DNA from: Malacoraja senta
Lineage: Eukaryota
DNA: 64,000 bases
NCBI GenBank assembly: GCA_038087875.1
Contig: CM075988.1
Coordinates: 13,144,001 to 13,208,000 of the forward strand
Reading direction: 5' to 3'
Notes under the pieces: model-generated
The model's input: the letters and a program-made list of their open reading frames with translations, nothing else
Database searches by the model: none
What the model was told of the DNA's origin: nothing
In this document: one piece after another, positions 12,300-26,844 of the stretch
How positions within the stretch are numbered: the first letter of the stretch is position 1
Layout of the letters: the number at the start of each line of letters is the position of its first letter
Made by a program: the position numbers and the translations under genes

Positions 12300-12953
12300 T
12301 AAATGCTGGTATTTAAGCATGTTCCTTGGTGTGGTGGCAATGCGTAGAACAGATTTTAAGAGAAAAGATTGATGTGAATGCTAGTTGTTTTGTTCATTAA
12401 ATTAGGGAGCTTTTATCATACATTTCTGTGATATGATTTTTTAAACAAAATAAACATATTTTCAACATTTTCCGTTAAAAAAATCGTATGTGAAATGTCT
12501 AGTAAGAATAGCCCAAGGTCCATTTAAGTTTGCCTTCTCCCCAATACAAATGGCTACATGTTGATTCCTGAATACTTCAGTTCTCCATGGAGCTTTGCAC
12601 TGCCTTCCACAACATCGGAAGGAAGATAATTATGACTGCATGCAATGGAGGAATGTATTCCTTCAATAGCTAAATAATGCTTTTTGCAACTGACTGCAAG
12701 GGAAAGACATTACTTTGCACAAGCAAAGTCTCAACCCGCAATGTCGACCATCCTTTTGCTTCCACAGATGCTGCCTGACCCATTGAATTCCTCCAGCAGT
12801 TTGTTTATTGCTCCAGCTGCCAACATCCACAGTCTCTCGTGTCTCCATTTTACATTACATGAGGATGGATGTGAGCATCAGTGGTGGGTGGGCAAATGGT
12901 GACACAAAAATCTGCAGGCCAATTATTTTTTATTGCATATAATGTGCCTGTAA

Positions 12954-13273
12954 AAGCCCTGTCTCACGGTACGAGTTCATTCCAAGAGCTCTCCCGATTT
13001 GAAAAAAAATCAAACTCGTGGTAAGCATGGAGAATGAACGTAGCGGGTACGTCGGAGCTCTGGGACGTCTCTTTGCGCTAACGGCTGGTACTCGGGAAGA
13101 CTCGCTAATGGCAGGTAAGCACGGGAAGACTCGTGAAGATTCTTCAACATGATGAAAAATGTCCACGAGAGCCCCGAGTACCGACGAGTGGCCATTACCG
13201 TAAATCTCCGAATTCGAGTCAGGGCAAACTCGGGAGAACTCTTGGAATGAACTCGTACCATGGGACAGAGCTT
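12954..13273. mobile_element. PIF/Harbinger-type MITE
   Basis: TIR AAGCCCTGTCTCACGGTACGAGTTCATTCCAAGAG with its inverted copy at the right end, TAA TSD. Confidence 0.8.
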
Positions 13274-14279
13274 TAATGCAGCCGCAAGTAAGATTTTCAT
13301 TGTTCTAGTTCATAAGTCGTTGAGATGATAAATCAATGCTCTTGAGATTAACTGTTGATCAGTTTCCATCATCCATCATGAGATATTGTCCCTTAAGAAT
13401 AAGGTAAGGTGATGGAATTGGCTTTAGAGGTACAGTGAGGCTGTAAGGATTCTTTAATTCATTGAATCTGTTCTTGGTCTTGTTCAGTTGTGATTATGCC
13501 AATGATATATAAAGTTATGGGATTATCACAACATGGTAGGCAGGTAACACAGTCAGCATCTGATTTATTTTCCTGACTGCCACAGAGTGAGCTTGTGATT
13601 GCCTCTGCTCATTGTCATATCAGGAACCTGAGATTAATTTTATTTACCATTCACATTGCAGCAATGTCTTTGGGCAGAGTGTGCTTTCATTAATAAAGAT
13701 GGTCAACTGCAAAAGAAATTGACCAGAAATATAGCATAGCAACATATTATGCTCTGTGAAAACCAAGGCTTTGCTTTTGCAAAAGATATGAAGATGGGTG
13801 ATAAGAGAGGAAGAGATGTGTCTTGCATCTTGTCATTCTGCTTGTCTACAGAGCTACTGCATTCACAGTATTGTTGTAAAATCATACTTGAACAGACCGC
13901 TCATTTGCTAAGGACGAATTTCACTCATTGCAGTTCTTACAAATATTTTTAAACTACATTTTCTCGGCAGCTATAACACGATATTCTTTTCTCTTGCACT
14001 ACCTAATGTACTCGTATAGTATGAATTGTGTGGTTGGCACACAAAACAACATTTTTGACTATATCTTACACATATGGCAAAAAGCTTTCAGAAATATGGA
14101 CTTGAAGCAGTATTTTGTTTATATTCGGCATGTAGTTAACTTAGTTCGATAACCGAGAGCACACACTAAGAAGTTATTGACATTTATAGTTCTACTAACA
14201 TTATAGATGTATAATTCCCCTGAACTGACTTCACAATGAAGACCTCCTGAATTAAAATCTACATACACTGCAGCTTTAA

Positions 14280-14530
14280 CATCGTGGAGCTGGCGGTCCT
14301 TTTGTTAGGTATCGACTGCGAGAGCTCCAACTGCAGGAGCTTCAACTGCCCCGATCTCAGGAGCTGCGATCGCCCAAATGCAGAGACTTTGTTTGCCGAC
14401 TGCGGGAACTTCTATTGCCCCAACTGCAGTGGTTTTGATTGCCGCAACCGCGGGAGAAAAGGAGGAAAGAAGGGATAAGCTATTTGCCTTCCTTCACAGT
14501 GGGGAATGTGAGGTTGCTGAAGAAACAAGA
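14280..14530 (+). repeat. GC-rich SINE-like repeat family (related copies at ~51470-52260 and ~54170-54990)
   Basis: Internal actgcgggagct/cgatcgccc-type motifs and a shared ttgccttcc(a/t)tcacagtg 3' segment. The tail resumes at 16265 after the hAT insertion. Confidence 0.5.
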
Positions 14531-14668
14531 TGGATGAGCAGGCTGCACTGGTGAGGATGGTACAACTCTGGTCACATCACGGTGAAGGAGCGTGTGTGTG
14601 TGGCTCGAACATTGAACTGATGGCTGTGGATCTCTACTTATATTGTGTGCACTGGGGATTCTCACATG

Positions 14669-16264
14669 CAGGGCCGGATTTACGTATAAGCTTGACAAGC
14701 TTAAGCTTAGGGCCTCGAGATCTAGGGGGGCCTCAGCAGGGCCGGATCATAGGTTGAAGCCTAGGGCCTCAAAATCTAGGGGGCCTCCGGCCAAGGTGTT
14801 TTTTTTCCCAGAGTGAAAAAAATCCAGAGAAAAAAAAATTGGAGCGCTATCAGCGTTTCCACTTTGACGGAAATTACCCGAAATTCTGGTTCCGGCCGCT
14901 GGAGGTTTTGGAGAAAAAAATTGCCACCATCCGCGCCTGCACAGTTGGGGGAAGCCGGTGACGCAGTAGCGACGCAAAATGATGCTGTCTCTCCGCGCGT
15001 GCGCAGTATGCCCTGGCGGGTTCAGATCTCAATTTGCACTCCACACAATCACCTCGATGCCTCGTGTCTACTCCAGGTAAGTAGTGGAATATTGCGTTGC
15101 GGGAGCGCCCGTTTCTCCAGCCCGGGGGGCGGCTGCGGTGTCTGTGGCGTGGTGTCAGAGCCTCGCTGAGTGGGAGGGAGAGAGAGGGGGAGAGAGGGGG
15201 AGGGAGGGAGAGAGAGGGGGGATGTGAGAGGGGGAAAGGGGGGGTTGAGACAGAGGAGAGAGAGAGGGAGGGGAGGGGGGAGAGAGAGAGGGGGGAGGGG
15301 GAGAGACAGGGGAAGTGGGGAAGAGGGGGGGGAGAGAGGTGGAGGGAGAGGGAGGGGGAAAGAAGAGGGGGAGAGGGAAAGGGAGATTATCTTTAGTGAG
15401 ATTGCAAAATTAAGGTAGGTTTTAGAGCATTTATATTTTCTCCTCCATATGAATAATATCAAACAATTGGAACTGCTTTCTTTTCCTTGATAACAATACT
15501 GAAAAATATGAATTCCATAGTTTGCGACTTTCATTTTGCATCATTTTTAATGTGCACACACTAACACAGTTGAACAGTAACAGGCAATCAAATCAACACA
15601 CAAAACATTTTCTAAAAAAAGGTTTTATTTACAGCAAAAACTTACAGTATTTTACTTGCAGTGTTTGCATGCTCTTTTATAACAATTTTACATAACATTT
15701 TACAGTACAACTTGATTATTAAAACAAGGACAGCTTCAATTCTTGATTTAAAAAATGTATACAACAATGACCCCAATCATCCCATTCCAACCACTAATTA
15801 CTCTTGACAAGCGGGCTCTGGACCCCGGCCGCAAGGGTCTTTCAGCTTCGCGCTTGTGATATGCGCTGCGTGTACTTATTTCACATAAAATGTTTGTAAT
15901 CCTGCCATGCCACCCCCCTTTTTGAAAAGCTTCATATGGGCCTGGTATATAATATTTTTGATACTGTCATAGGCCTTTATACATATGCTGTCACAACGCA
16001 ATGTAGTCTCTAAACAACACTTCAGTAATTTTCCTTGCCCTCCATTTCAGAATAATAATGTTTTAAGCTGATAACTTGACACTAGCACTGGCAATAAATG
16101 AAAAGCGCAGCTTTCCAGCCCTTATCTCATTGGCCATGCTCGGCTGCACATCAGTGTCAATCTGATGGACTCTTCCATCTTCCTCTCGTCGTGGGGGTGG
16201 GGGATTGGGAGGGGCCTCACAAGTGAAATAGCCTAGGGCCTCTCTTCATCTAAATCCAGCCCTG
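14669..16264. mobile_element. Non-autonomous hAT transposon
   Basis: TIR CAGGGCCGGATTTA / TAAATCCAGCCCTG, perfect 8-bp TSD CTCACATG. Contains a CpG-rich block and an AG-rich tract (15170-15385). Confidence 0.88.
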
Positions 16265-16788
16265 CTCACATGCTATTGTGGTGGCTGTTTATGTTTAATT
16301 TTTATGTGGTTATATGTATCTTGTTGCTTTTTTGTATGACTGTTGGCAAATCAAAATCCTTGTATGCTTACTTACTTGGCTAATAAATTAATTGCAATTA
16401 CAATTACAATTATTTTAATTACAGAAATAGTGTTTAACCACCAGGAAAGTAGGTCAACATTATGGCATCGAGGGACCAAAACTTTTATCATATAGGTGAC
16501 CTGGATACAGACAGGAAGTAAGAAGAGACTTGAAGTACCGTCAATGAGGAAGAGCTATGCAAAACCTACTTTCCGATTTAAGTGCAAACTGCACCTTCTA
16601 TTGTAAATTTAATCTGCTACTTGCTTGGCCAAGTCCTGTCTTTATATATCCTCCGCAGTAAGACTGTAAAAAGTATAATTCTATTTCAGGACTCTCCGAT
16701 GTGCTGCATACTTTTGAAGTGGAGTCGTATTGTGATGCTTAAATTGTGGAAATCCAAGTTGAATGGAGTGGCGTCCCACAGTGAGTAA

Positions 16789-17453
16789 AGGGCCTGTCAC
16801 ACTTACGTGTCCTTGGCACGCTAATTACGCAACCTCATGGTCGCGTTGAGGATTGACGATCCCGCGAAGGTCGCGCGCGATTTCATGCGCCCGCACAGCC
16901 GTCTGGAGCACATGACGTCATTTGAAGATGGACGCAAAATGCAGGAGTAACTCAGCGGGACCGGCAGCATCTCTGGAGAGAAGCAATGGGTGCCGTTTCA
17001 TGTCGAGACTCTTCTTCAGTCTGAAGGAAGGGTCTCGACCCGAAACGTCACCCATTGCTTCTATCCAGAGATGCTGCCGGTCCCGCTGAGTTACTCCAGC
17101 ATTTTGTGTCTATCTTCAATTTTCTTGGCCCCACTCTGGGAGTAGAAGTGGGAGTGGATCCGGATCCGCAACGGCAGTGAGCCCCGGGCCGAGCTCGGCG
17201 ATCGCTTGCCTGTTTCTGCAGCTGTTGGAGGTGATACGTTGTGTCGCGCCAGGGTCTTAGGCTTGTCCCACTTTGGCCGTCAGTTACGCGACAGGCCGTT
17301 GGCGTGCGAAGATTTTGTTCGCTACAAAAATTTCGGAGCCCTGCGCTTCTCAGTGGGATCGGCCCCGCGCGGCCATAGGATGCCCGTGCGCCTCAACGCG
17401 ACCACGAGGTCACGTAATTTGCGTGCCAAGGACACGTAAGTGGGACAGGCCCT
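16789..17453. mobile_element. PIF/Harbinger-type MITE carrying a Penelope hairpin
   Basis: TIR AGGGCCTGTC(A/C)CACTTACGTGTCCTTGGCACG, TAA TSD, internal palindromic element at 16925-17120. Confidence 0.8.
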
Positions 17454-19499
17454 TAAAAAGTGAAAACACAATCTGTTGTTCAACGATAGGCAGGGCTATC
17501 GGGAGACTTCCACTGCTCCCTTTCAAAACATTGTTGTGATGTAATTTACCTGACAGGGCAAATTCTACGGGAGTTGTGAATCTATGGAATTCTCTGGCAT
17601 AGAATGCAGTGGAGGCCAATTCACTGGATGTTTTCAAGAAAGAGTTAGATATAGCTCTTTGGGCTAACGTAATAGTAAGATTAAATGAGAATTTACCAGA
17701 TTGAAGTTTGATCTTTATTTTATGAGGAGTTACGTTGAGGGATTACGTGAAGAAAAGCCCGTCCAGCCGCACACGCGTCAATCTTCAAAGCAGCGGAGTG
17801 AAATCACAGAAGACGATTACTGAAGTATGATAGTAAGATACATAAAGACTAGAACTACCAGCTCGATCTTTTATGAGGGTGGGAGCGGAGGGTACATAAT
17901 CCCTCAACGCAATTCCTCATAAAATAAAGATCAAACTTCAAACTGGTAAGTTCTCCTTTAATCTTACTATTTTACTTCGGAGTCACGTGAGTGACTACGT
18001 GAAGATTTCAAAGCTCTGTGATTTCAGGCCGTAGATTCAATCCAGGCGCTCACTGCATTGATTGACTCTAAATAAGTAAAATAATCAACAATGCACAACC
18101 ATAACATGGATGCAACCAGTTAATGGTTAATTTATCACCATAATAGTAACCCCTTTATCACAAGAGGAATATTTAATACTAAATCCAAAAAATAACACCA
18201 CCAAATAACCACAGGTATTATAATCTCCTTATGGTAATAGGTGAATTCTTTCACTTATGCCTGCAACCACGAGGATATGTTTTATTAGAACATCCAATTC
18301 CTTGGCCGTCAAACTTGATGGTGCCCTGGTGAAATAAGATTAAAATTTGTCAGTATCCATACCTGCATCAAGCAACACATGCTTTAGCCATTTTTTAAAT
18401 AGTCTAAACCGACACTTTCCTATGCAGCTATTTATGGCTAATAAAATACTCATACTGAACCTCTTTAAAGTTCTGATAGCTTCAATCTAACATTGTAAAT
18501 GTGATACCACACATAGACGTGGGTCCGTAGGATATGCTGAAACCCCAACTTACATCCTGTGATTCCACATCTACTCTGTTTAAGCAATTCATAGACATAG
18601 AACACAATAGTAACTGTTTGTCTCTTTCCATCATGTCTATTCTTACTTTCTGCAATAGTTGCACTCTCTGTGCATAAACCAGTCCCCTGAACTTGACTTC
18701 CTTAATGGTAATTCAAGCCAAGGACAGCACTGTAATAGGAGTCCATAAACAAAAAACAATATAGTATATCTCTTACATTCCAGATTATTGTATACTTGTG
18801 TCTAAGAGATATGGAATTAAAATCCTTTCATAAATTGCAGACCAAAGGGTGTAACCCTACAACATTTTATGCTGATTCCTCCATAGATATGCAGTAACGG
18901 CACTCCTTGCAGTATTCATAGCATTATAGCTTAACTGCTAATTAAATAAGAGTTTGCAGAACTCTAACACTACTGATATGTCTATAGTGTGATATGTAAT
19001 ATTCTGCTTAAACAAAACATATCCCATTTCTTTATGTAAGAAATGTACTACTTCTGGGTAATATCCCTCCAGATTGCAATAATATCCACAGTACAATCTG
19101 ATAGTCCTCTTCCGATAAATGTCACTCCTTAAAATCTGTAAATCAACAACCAATACGATTATGTAAAGGATGTGAATCATCAGTTATTGAGTGCACAAAC
19201 AGATTAATTCTGTTTGGAAATCATAAGAGGGTTTGTGATCATTTTAAACACCTCAGGGTACCATGGTTTTGTAGATCCAATCTAGTACCACCAATACTCC
19301 CAAAACAGAATCCTGTTTGCTCTTCTGTATATACTGTTAAATGAGAAAAAATGGAAAAATGTATACAAACATTTTACCCCAATGCAGCGAGAAACATCCA
19401 CCACTACTGCCCCAGTATCAGAATTTATAACATATATTTAGGTAATTGGTGGTTAAATCTGGATACAAACTAGTCATCAATCGTGCTATAATATTATTA

Positions 19500-20740
19500 A
19501 ATATTAATGGAGAGAGGATTGTTCCCCTTTTAATATAGGAGCGATACTTCTCTCACCAACAAAATTGAATAATACAATATATAGTAAAAATCCAATTATT
19601 CATAGTACAATTAGAATTTGGAAACAAATAAAATTAACTTTAAAATTAAGAAACCTATCGCTTCTCTCACCTATAGTTAATAATCCGTCGTTTAAACCAT
19701 CTATTATAGATAAATCATTTACATACTGGGACAGAATAGGAATTAAAACGTTTGGAGACATGTATGATAATGGAAATTTTTTATCATTTCACCAACTGCA
19801 ACTTAAATACAATTTGAGAAGTAATCAATATTTTAAATATTTTCAAATCCACGACTATTTGAAAAAATATACACAGGAATATCAAAATTTATCTCCAGAC
19901 CTATCAGACGATGCTATGAATATAAAGGCGGAATCAACTAACTTAATATCATATTTGTATAATATCATCTTAAATATAGAAATACCATCATCTGATAGAA
20001 TTAGAAGAGACTGGGAACAAGAACTAGCTATAAAAATCTCGAAAGAGAGTTGGGATAAACACTTGCTATATGTGCACAAATGCTCGATTAATGTAAGACA
20101 CATTCTAATGCAATTTAAAACTTTACATTGCATTAAGCTGTGATAAATGTCTAACCCAAGAAGCAACTATAGCACATTCTTTTGTTTTTTGTATAAAAAT
20201 TCAAAAATTTTGGAATGAAATCTTTGAAATGTATACGAAATTATTTAAACTAAAACTGAAACCGAATGCTGAACTGATTATTTTCGGAACAATGGAAGAC
20301 AGCTTTGAGCTGACTTCGTTTCAAAAGAGCTTCCTTAATTACGGCTTAATAATGGCAAAAAAACTTATACTGAAATTCTGGAAAATCGCTCCCACACCAA
20401 CGATAAAAATGCGGATTTCTAATATGTCCGAACTGTTACACCTGGAAGATATGAGATTCTTCTTAGCAGGCAGACCATTTCCAAAAGATTTGGTCTCCAT
20501 TTATCGACATTACAAACATAGGGTGCAACAAAACGTTGAAAATAAATGTGGTTCAGGTCCCTACGGGTTTCTCTGGACCACTCTTTCACTCACTCACTAT
20601 CTTTGCTAACTCTATCTTTTTTCTCTTTAAAGTTTAAATTAAGAAGTGGTACAAGAAATGTACAATTTTATTTTTGCTTGATATCACTGCAATGTACAAT
20701 ACTTCTAATAAAAAATAAGGAACAAATATATATATATATT
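19500..20740 (+). mobile_element. 5'-truncated L1 (ORF2 3' end) inserted in the DIRS
   Basis: NPIIHSTIRIWKQIK...HKCSINVRH, homologous to 38570-39530, with an A-rich tail. Confidence 0.9.
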
Positions 20741-21630
20741 ATGACATTTCTCACGATCCAACTGTATTATTATTGATTTACATGACTTTTGAGTCTTCAA
20801 CTATATTGAATCTACCTCATAGGTAGATTGCCAATCAAATATTTCTGGTAAACACCAGATCCAGATCACATTAGCCAGTCTATTACAAGATACTGACTTA
20901 AACCACTCGAATGATTGACATACGTTCTATTCTGTAGTCTCAATCTATGTCTAAACATGCAACTTTGCATATAAGAGCAATAAGCTTTAGGTCATAAATG
21001 TTCCTAAAACTTTCATAATGATCCCTTGTTATTGGATCAAAAGGTACTTTCTCCATATTCCATGTACATTCACAGCTGAAAATACTTATAAGTATGACCT
21101 CAACTTAGAGCACTACCATTAGTGTGTAGCATAATGGAAGGTGTTTTGCCAGAATCTCTCTGGAGGCATTTGAGACACTCCTGATTCATTAATATTCCAG
21201 TAATAACTGTAACTGGCAAATACATGGCCTGGCAAACTTACCATAAACTGTATTATCCATTCCTCTATCCATGCTTACTATAAACTCTGATAATGCCGCA
21301 GTCTAAATTCTACAGCTGAAAATAAGCAACATTTGTAAAATAGGCTTGTTTCCTGCCTAATTGAGGGTTGGTGCTCTGTAATGAGCTTAATTCCACTTCC
21401 AATTAAATGCCTAATTGAGGATTAGTGCTCTATAATGACCTTTATACAATGGTTGATGCTCTATAATGAGCTTCATACAACTTCCACTTAAATGCAGCCT
21501 TAATCCGCAATCGGATCAAATCATGTGTTCTCATTTAATGATGGAACCGAAATAATCAATAACTGTGTTTGGAAACTGTTTTAGATTTATCTCGATGGTT
21601 AACAAATATCCAAAGTGAGCTTTATTCTAA

Positions 21631-22202
21631 TGGCTCTGTCCCACGGGCAGGCAGTTACTGGCGGTGAAGCGCGGCGTCCCCGGAAGCGGGGACCATGCGG
21701 CCACCGCGGGAGCGCCGCGCGTATGCCGCGGGAGCACCGCGCGGATGCATCCCACGAGCATGCGGTAAGTTCAACCTTACCGGAAGCTGTTGCCGCGCGT
21801 ATGCCGGGTGGTCACCGCACGGGCTGTCCCACGGGCTGTCCCACGGGCCAACTGGAATGGACGTTGCGCGGCGTCGGATGATGACGTCATCGCGCAATGC
21901 AACGCGCTACACGATGACGTTGAGATAGCTTGCGGCGTACAGGCGGTGCTCGCAGCGCACAGGCGGTGCTCGCGGTGCACAGGCGGCGCATAGGCGGTGC
22001 TGGCGGCGGCTGGGCGGTAGGCCGAGATTTTTGTACAGTGTCAGCTTTTCTGAGCATCGCGCGGTGTCGGGACCAACTACATACGGTCCAGGCGGTCTGC
22101 GTGGGGCCGACCCCGCGGGTCATGCGCGGTCTTTGGCGGTCCACGTGCGGTCCCAACTTCCTGCTACACCGCCAGTAACCGCCTGCCCGTGGGACAGGCC
22201 TT
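21631..22202. mobile_element. PIF/Harbinger-type GC-rich MITE inserted in the DIRS
   Basis: TIR (TGGCT/AAGGC)CTGTCCCACGGGCAGGC, TAA TSD, internal short tandem motifs (cacgggctgtcc x3; acaggcggtgctcgc). Confidence 0.8.
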
Positions 22203-23539
22203 TAACACTCATGGTTCTGTTGTAGTCCGAATGTTTCCTACAATCAGAATATGGCAATAGACCATTACCAAATGGCCCTGAGATCTTAGTAAAGCTAATA
22301 TTAGATCCAACAACCTGTCAAATAGTCTCAAGTCTGAGACTAAACATTAATACAATGCTTTAAATTGGCATAATTGGCCTATCCAGATAAAATAGAAATA
22401 TCTATTATACCATACACAGTCACATAGTAAAATGCTTATTTGTGAAATTGGCTGCATAACATTAACAAATGTTATCCACTGTTTATACTGTACAAAAAAG
22501 AGTTAAAATTTGTCAGATCTAGAATAATTCTACACCCACCATCCTTATTTGCTCTCATAACATATTTGGCATTAATTGATGGTAATGGTGAACTGACTTC
22601 TTAATCATCTCTTTCCCACAATATTTCATGTTTTGTCTGAATCTACATATTCTCTTATTTTTAGAAAATATGTGTCTGGTTTCAAATCTTAGTAAGAGAA
22701 ACTACATTCTAAACCCCACAATACTGTACAGTATAATATCAATTTGCCATTTTTTAGTAAGAAATGTAATCTTCCCCAACTTGTAAGTGTAAAACATTTA
22801 ATATGTTTCTTACAGAACCAGACCTCCTCCTCAGGGTTTGCCTATGACAATTGTTATCCCCTGATCTTAGTGGAATATTATAACTTCCACATATCTCAGG
22901 AGTGCGCCTATAACGCACATATGGGAAAGACAGAATTGATACTTTACTATCCCCAGTCACCACATATTGGTAGGGAAAACTGCCTTAATTTTATCTGTTG
23001 ATCACACAGGATCATACCTTTTTTGGCTAGATCTTTCTAAAAACAGATTAATAGACAATTTAAATATTAGATGGTGTGCAGAGCCCCCAAACTTAGGGTA
23101 TATATTAGGTTTGATAGCACTTTTATAAATACAGTTATTTGAAAGTGCGCACTACACATGAGTGCTAATTCAACCTTGTTGTGATATAAATACATGCTCT
23201 CCATCCAACCTTTGGTCAAAAAAGCCTTAATGCCTGACCAGTAATTTCAATACCCTCTCCCCCGCTGAGACTTGCTTATCATGCTCAATACTGCGGGTTT
23301 ATATTTGTAGACAGCTCATACCTGGTTAGAACCTGGAGCTTCTGGGAGAGTAAGTATTTTATTGACATCGTTTATTTATCTCCCAATGGTTCCCTCATCT
23401 TTCTTGGAACCACAACTTTGATATATTGTGCCAACTCTGGTCCTTTGGCTCTGTATTGGGGTCTAGTCCTCATATGATCCGTTTACTTGAATCTTTGTAT
23501 GAAATAATCCTCCTCATGGAGGGGCGAATTTACATCCTG

Positions 23540-24065
23540 CTTCAGGTATCTCTAGCGCTGGCTCTCCCATAGGCCTACGCATAACAACCCTTCCAGTTGC
23601 TCTCCATGCGGGCACTCCTGTAGGCCCATTAGAGGCAGCCCTCTTTCAGGTGCTGCTGGCGCTGGCTCACCTGTAGGCCAACGCTAACTTCCAGATATAG
23701 TTGGCGCTGGCTCTCCTGTAGACCAACGTACCTTAACCAACCATTTGCTCACACTGGCTCACCTGTAGGCCAGCGCTGAACTGGACTTTCCCAAATATTT
23801 CCTATGCTGGCTCTCCCTTAGGCCAACATTGAGCCGGACCTTCTAAAGCACTCCATGCGCTGGCTCTCCTCTAGGCCAACGCTAAACCTGGACCTCCACC
23901 AGGCACTCCCTACACTGGCCCTGTAGGGACAATGCTAAACCGGACTTTCCCCAGGCATTTCATACACTGGCCTTCTCTAGGCCAACACTAAGCCCGGACC
24001 TTCCCTAGGCACTTCATATGCTGGCTCTCCTTTAGACCAACGGTAAACCTGGGCATTCCCCAGGC
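23540..24065. repeat. Degenerate ~55-bp minisatellite in the DIRS gag-side region
   Basis: About 9 recurrences of ctggctc(t/a)cct(g/t)taggccaacgcta. Confidence 0.7.
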
Positions 24066-26727
24066 ATTCCCTGCATTGCCCTGCAACTAGGTTTTTTAAA
24101 TATAACAACTAGTTACCTGACTCAGGCATTCCCTGCATTGCCTTGTAACTAGGTTTAAAATATAACCAACTATTTACCTGAATCGGGGATCTTCCGGTCT
24201 TACTTCTTTAACGGCCACCTCTTTATCTTATGCGCTCAAATGGCGCTAAACGGTAACCGTTTAAAAAATGTTTTTAAAGGGCGCCCACTACTCACAGACC
24301 CGCGGTCTATCTGAGCACTCTGCGGTACACCTCCACAATTTTCTTCATTATGACTTGTATTTCATTACTCACTCCAAACATCGGCACTCACGCTATGCGT
24401 CTGTACGATATGACGCATGTGCGGCTGGACGGGCTCTTCTTCACGTAGTCACTCACGTGACTCCGCAGTAAAATCAAGGGATATGGGGAGAAAGCAGGAA
24501 CGGGGGTACTGATTTTGGATGATCAGCCATGATCATATTGAATGATGGTGTTGGCGAATGGCCTAATCCTGCACCTATTTTCTATGTTTCGATGATGCCT
24601 CATTTATCAATTTTAACTGGTTTGAACTGCAATATGTCATCTCTAGCTGCTTTTCCTTTTCTAAAGGAACAACTGATTGCCAACACCTTTCCTTCACAAA
24701 CCACCTTTTATTGATCACTTTATTTCCATCTACTTAGTTTTTTAATCTTCCCTTCAATGAAAGTTTTTAATACTGCACCACGTCCGATTCTCTATTTTAG
24801 TATTTTTCTAGCTTTTTCCAATGAAATAAATATTGGTTATTAGTATAGTCCTAGTAAAAACAAGTTGGACGGAAGTAAGATCAACAATAAATATATTATT
24901 CATTTTTAATTGTCAATGCAATTGGAGGGAGTTCCAAATTAAGTTGACAGCTGTTCACTCACTTACCCGCCCTGTCATTCTGTAACAATAATGAACTGCA
25001 GATACTGGTTTATACCAATGTTTAACCCTATTATTTTCATGCTTTTGGGCTATTAACACATTTGTAATATTCTAGGAACGTACTTTCAGTTTAATCTGTT
25101 GTGGGAGAGACTTGTACTGGAGAGATGTCTGTGGCTGCTGAAGGGGGTGAATGGAAGTAATGAGAAAGCTTTTACCAAACTGGCACCTATAAAATAAACA
25201 CAGCTGTGTAGCATGATTTTGTATAAACATTAACAGAAATGCAGGAAGCACGCGGCTCCATGGACAACGTCTGTGGAAAGAGCAACCAGTTAAAGTAAAG
25301 CACCAAAATAAGACACAAAGTGCTTGAGTAACTCAGCAGGTCGGACTGCATCCCTGGAGAACATGGATAGGTGTTGTTTCGGGAAGAAGAGTCCCAATGC
25401 AAATTGTCAACTATTCATGTTCTCCAGTGATGCTGCCTGACCCACTGAGTCACTCCAGCACTTTTTGTCTTTCTTTTTCTATAAACCAACTTCTGCAGTT
25501 CCTCGTATCTCCACACAAAACAAAATGTGCTGGAGAAACTCAGCGTCTCAGGCAGCACCTTAAGACAGATAACTTTTCAGGTCAGGATACCATCCTTGGT
25601 GGAATGGTCCTAAACTGAAAGTCACCAGTCCATTCCCATACCGGACCTGTTAAGTTCCTCCAGTACTTTGCCCAATATTTCTGTATCTACAGTCTCTTGT
25701 ATATTCAGACAAGTTAGTGTTCAGGTTGCAGACTCTTCATCAGGACTATCCCTATAAACATTAGCCTATTTCCAGAAATACCGCATATTTTCCATCAAAA
25801 GCAAATTAATTGGGTTCAGGAAATCAGAAATACAAGCAGAAATCTTTTGCTGTCTTTTCTACCTACCGCATATCCTTGCACACTTAGCTGGCAACATTTA
25901 TCATCCAGAAATCACAATTCCATATCAGCAATTACCAAACCAATATTCGGTTCATCTACTTCTCTGTTATCAGGCTTCTGTATCATCCAGGAATACTGCC
26001 CATTCCCCTCGACCCTATTTCAGACATTGGACTTTGTCTCTAGAACTGATGCACTACAATGCTGGGAATTATATTCACTCTCTCTATCTTCCCATTTGCT
26101 CTACCTATATTTTCTGAATTTGGCTTGATTGTATTTATGAATACTATTATCTGATCTGATTGGATAGCATGCAAAACAAATCTTTTTCACTGTACCTCAG
26201 CACATGTGACAATAATAAACCTAAATGCTGTGTGCATTGAGATATATCTCCTTTAATTTTATCTTTTGAATATTTTTTTCGCTTTGAACCAATTTGCTGA
26301 TTGCCTTTGCTCCAGTACCTGTTTATTTCACTTACTACTTGTATAACTTGCATATCATGTTTTGTTTCTCCCCTTTCAGAATTCTCTCCAAGGTTCCCAT
26401 CCCCCTGCCAAGAATATTCAAATCCATCCCAACAGAAATCTCTCCAGTAAGGGTATTGATCGTTATTCTGATGCATTGCAACTTCAAGTCAAGATAGTTT
26501 ATTGTCATGTGTCCCAGATAGGACAATGAAATTCATCCTCCTTGCTTCAGAAATGGTTCCCAATTTATAAATGTAAAGCCCACCTTCATGCAGCATTACT
26601 CCATCCATACCTTCAGCTGCTTTGTCCCCTTATGTCTGAGCTCATCAGCACTTTACATAGTGAGCCATCCGCAGATTACTACCTTTGAGCTTCTGCAATC
26701 AAACCTCGTCTCTACCTTCAAAAAATC

Positions 26728-26842
26728 CACACAGCGCCTTTCCCGACTTCACACAGCAGCTTTCCCGACTCCACACAACGGCATTCCCGACTCCACACAG
26801 CGGCTTTCCCGACTCCACACAGCGGCTTTCCCAACTCCACTC
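26728..26842. repeat. 22-bp minisatellite, 5 copies
   Basis: Unit ccacacagcggctttcccgact, contiguous with no spacers. Confidence 0.85.
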
Positions 26843-26844
26843 TT

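Larger units (their letters stand above)
17672..24473 (-). mobile_element. DIRS1-type tyrosine-recombinase retrotransposon (decayed), inserted in a CR1 tail
   Basis: ITR match 17766-17790 versus 24413-24450. The ICR at ~17896-18005 is complementary to both termini. YR-like WLKHVLLDAGMDT..F.SYFTRAPSS on the minus strand near 18200-18420. The CR1 sequence resumes at 24474 from 17671. Confidence 0.88.

Noticed and set aside
21615-22225. Cluster of overlapping GC-rich ORFs
   Set aside because: All lie within a TIR-bounded MITE. ORFs in many frames reflect stop-poor GC content.
26728-26842. CRISPR-like array
   Set aside because: The units are contiguous with no unique spacers, and the context is eukaryotic. 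It is a minisatellite.
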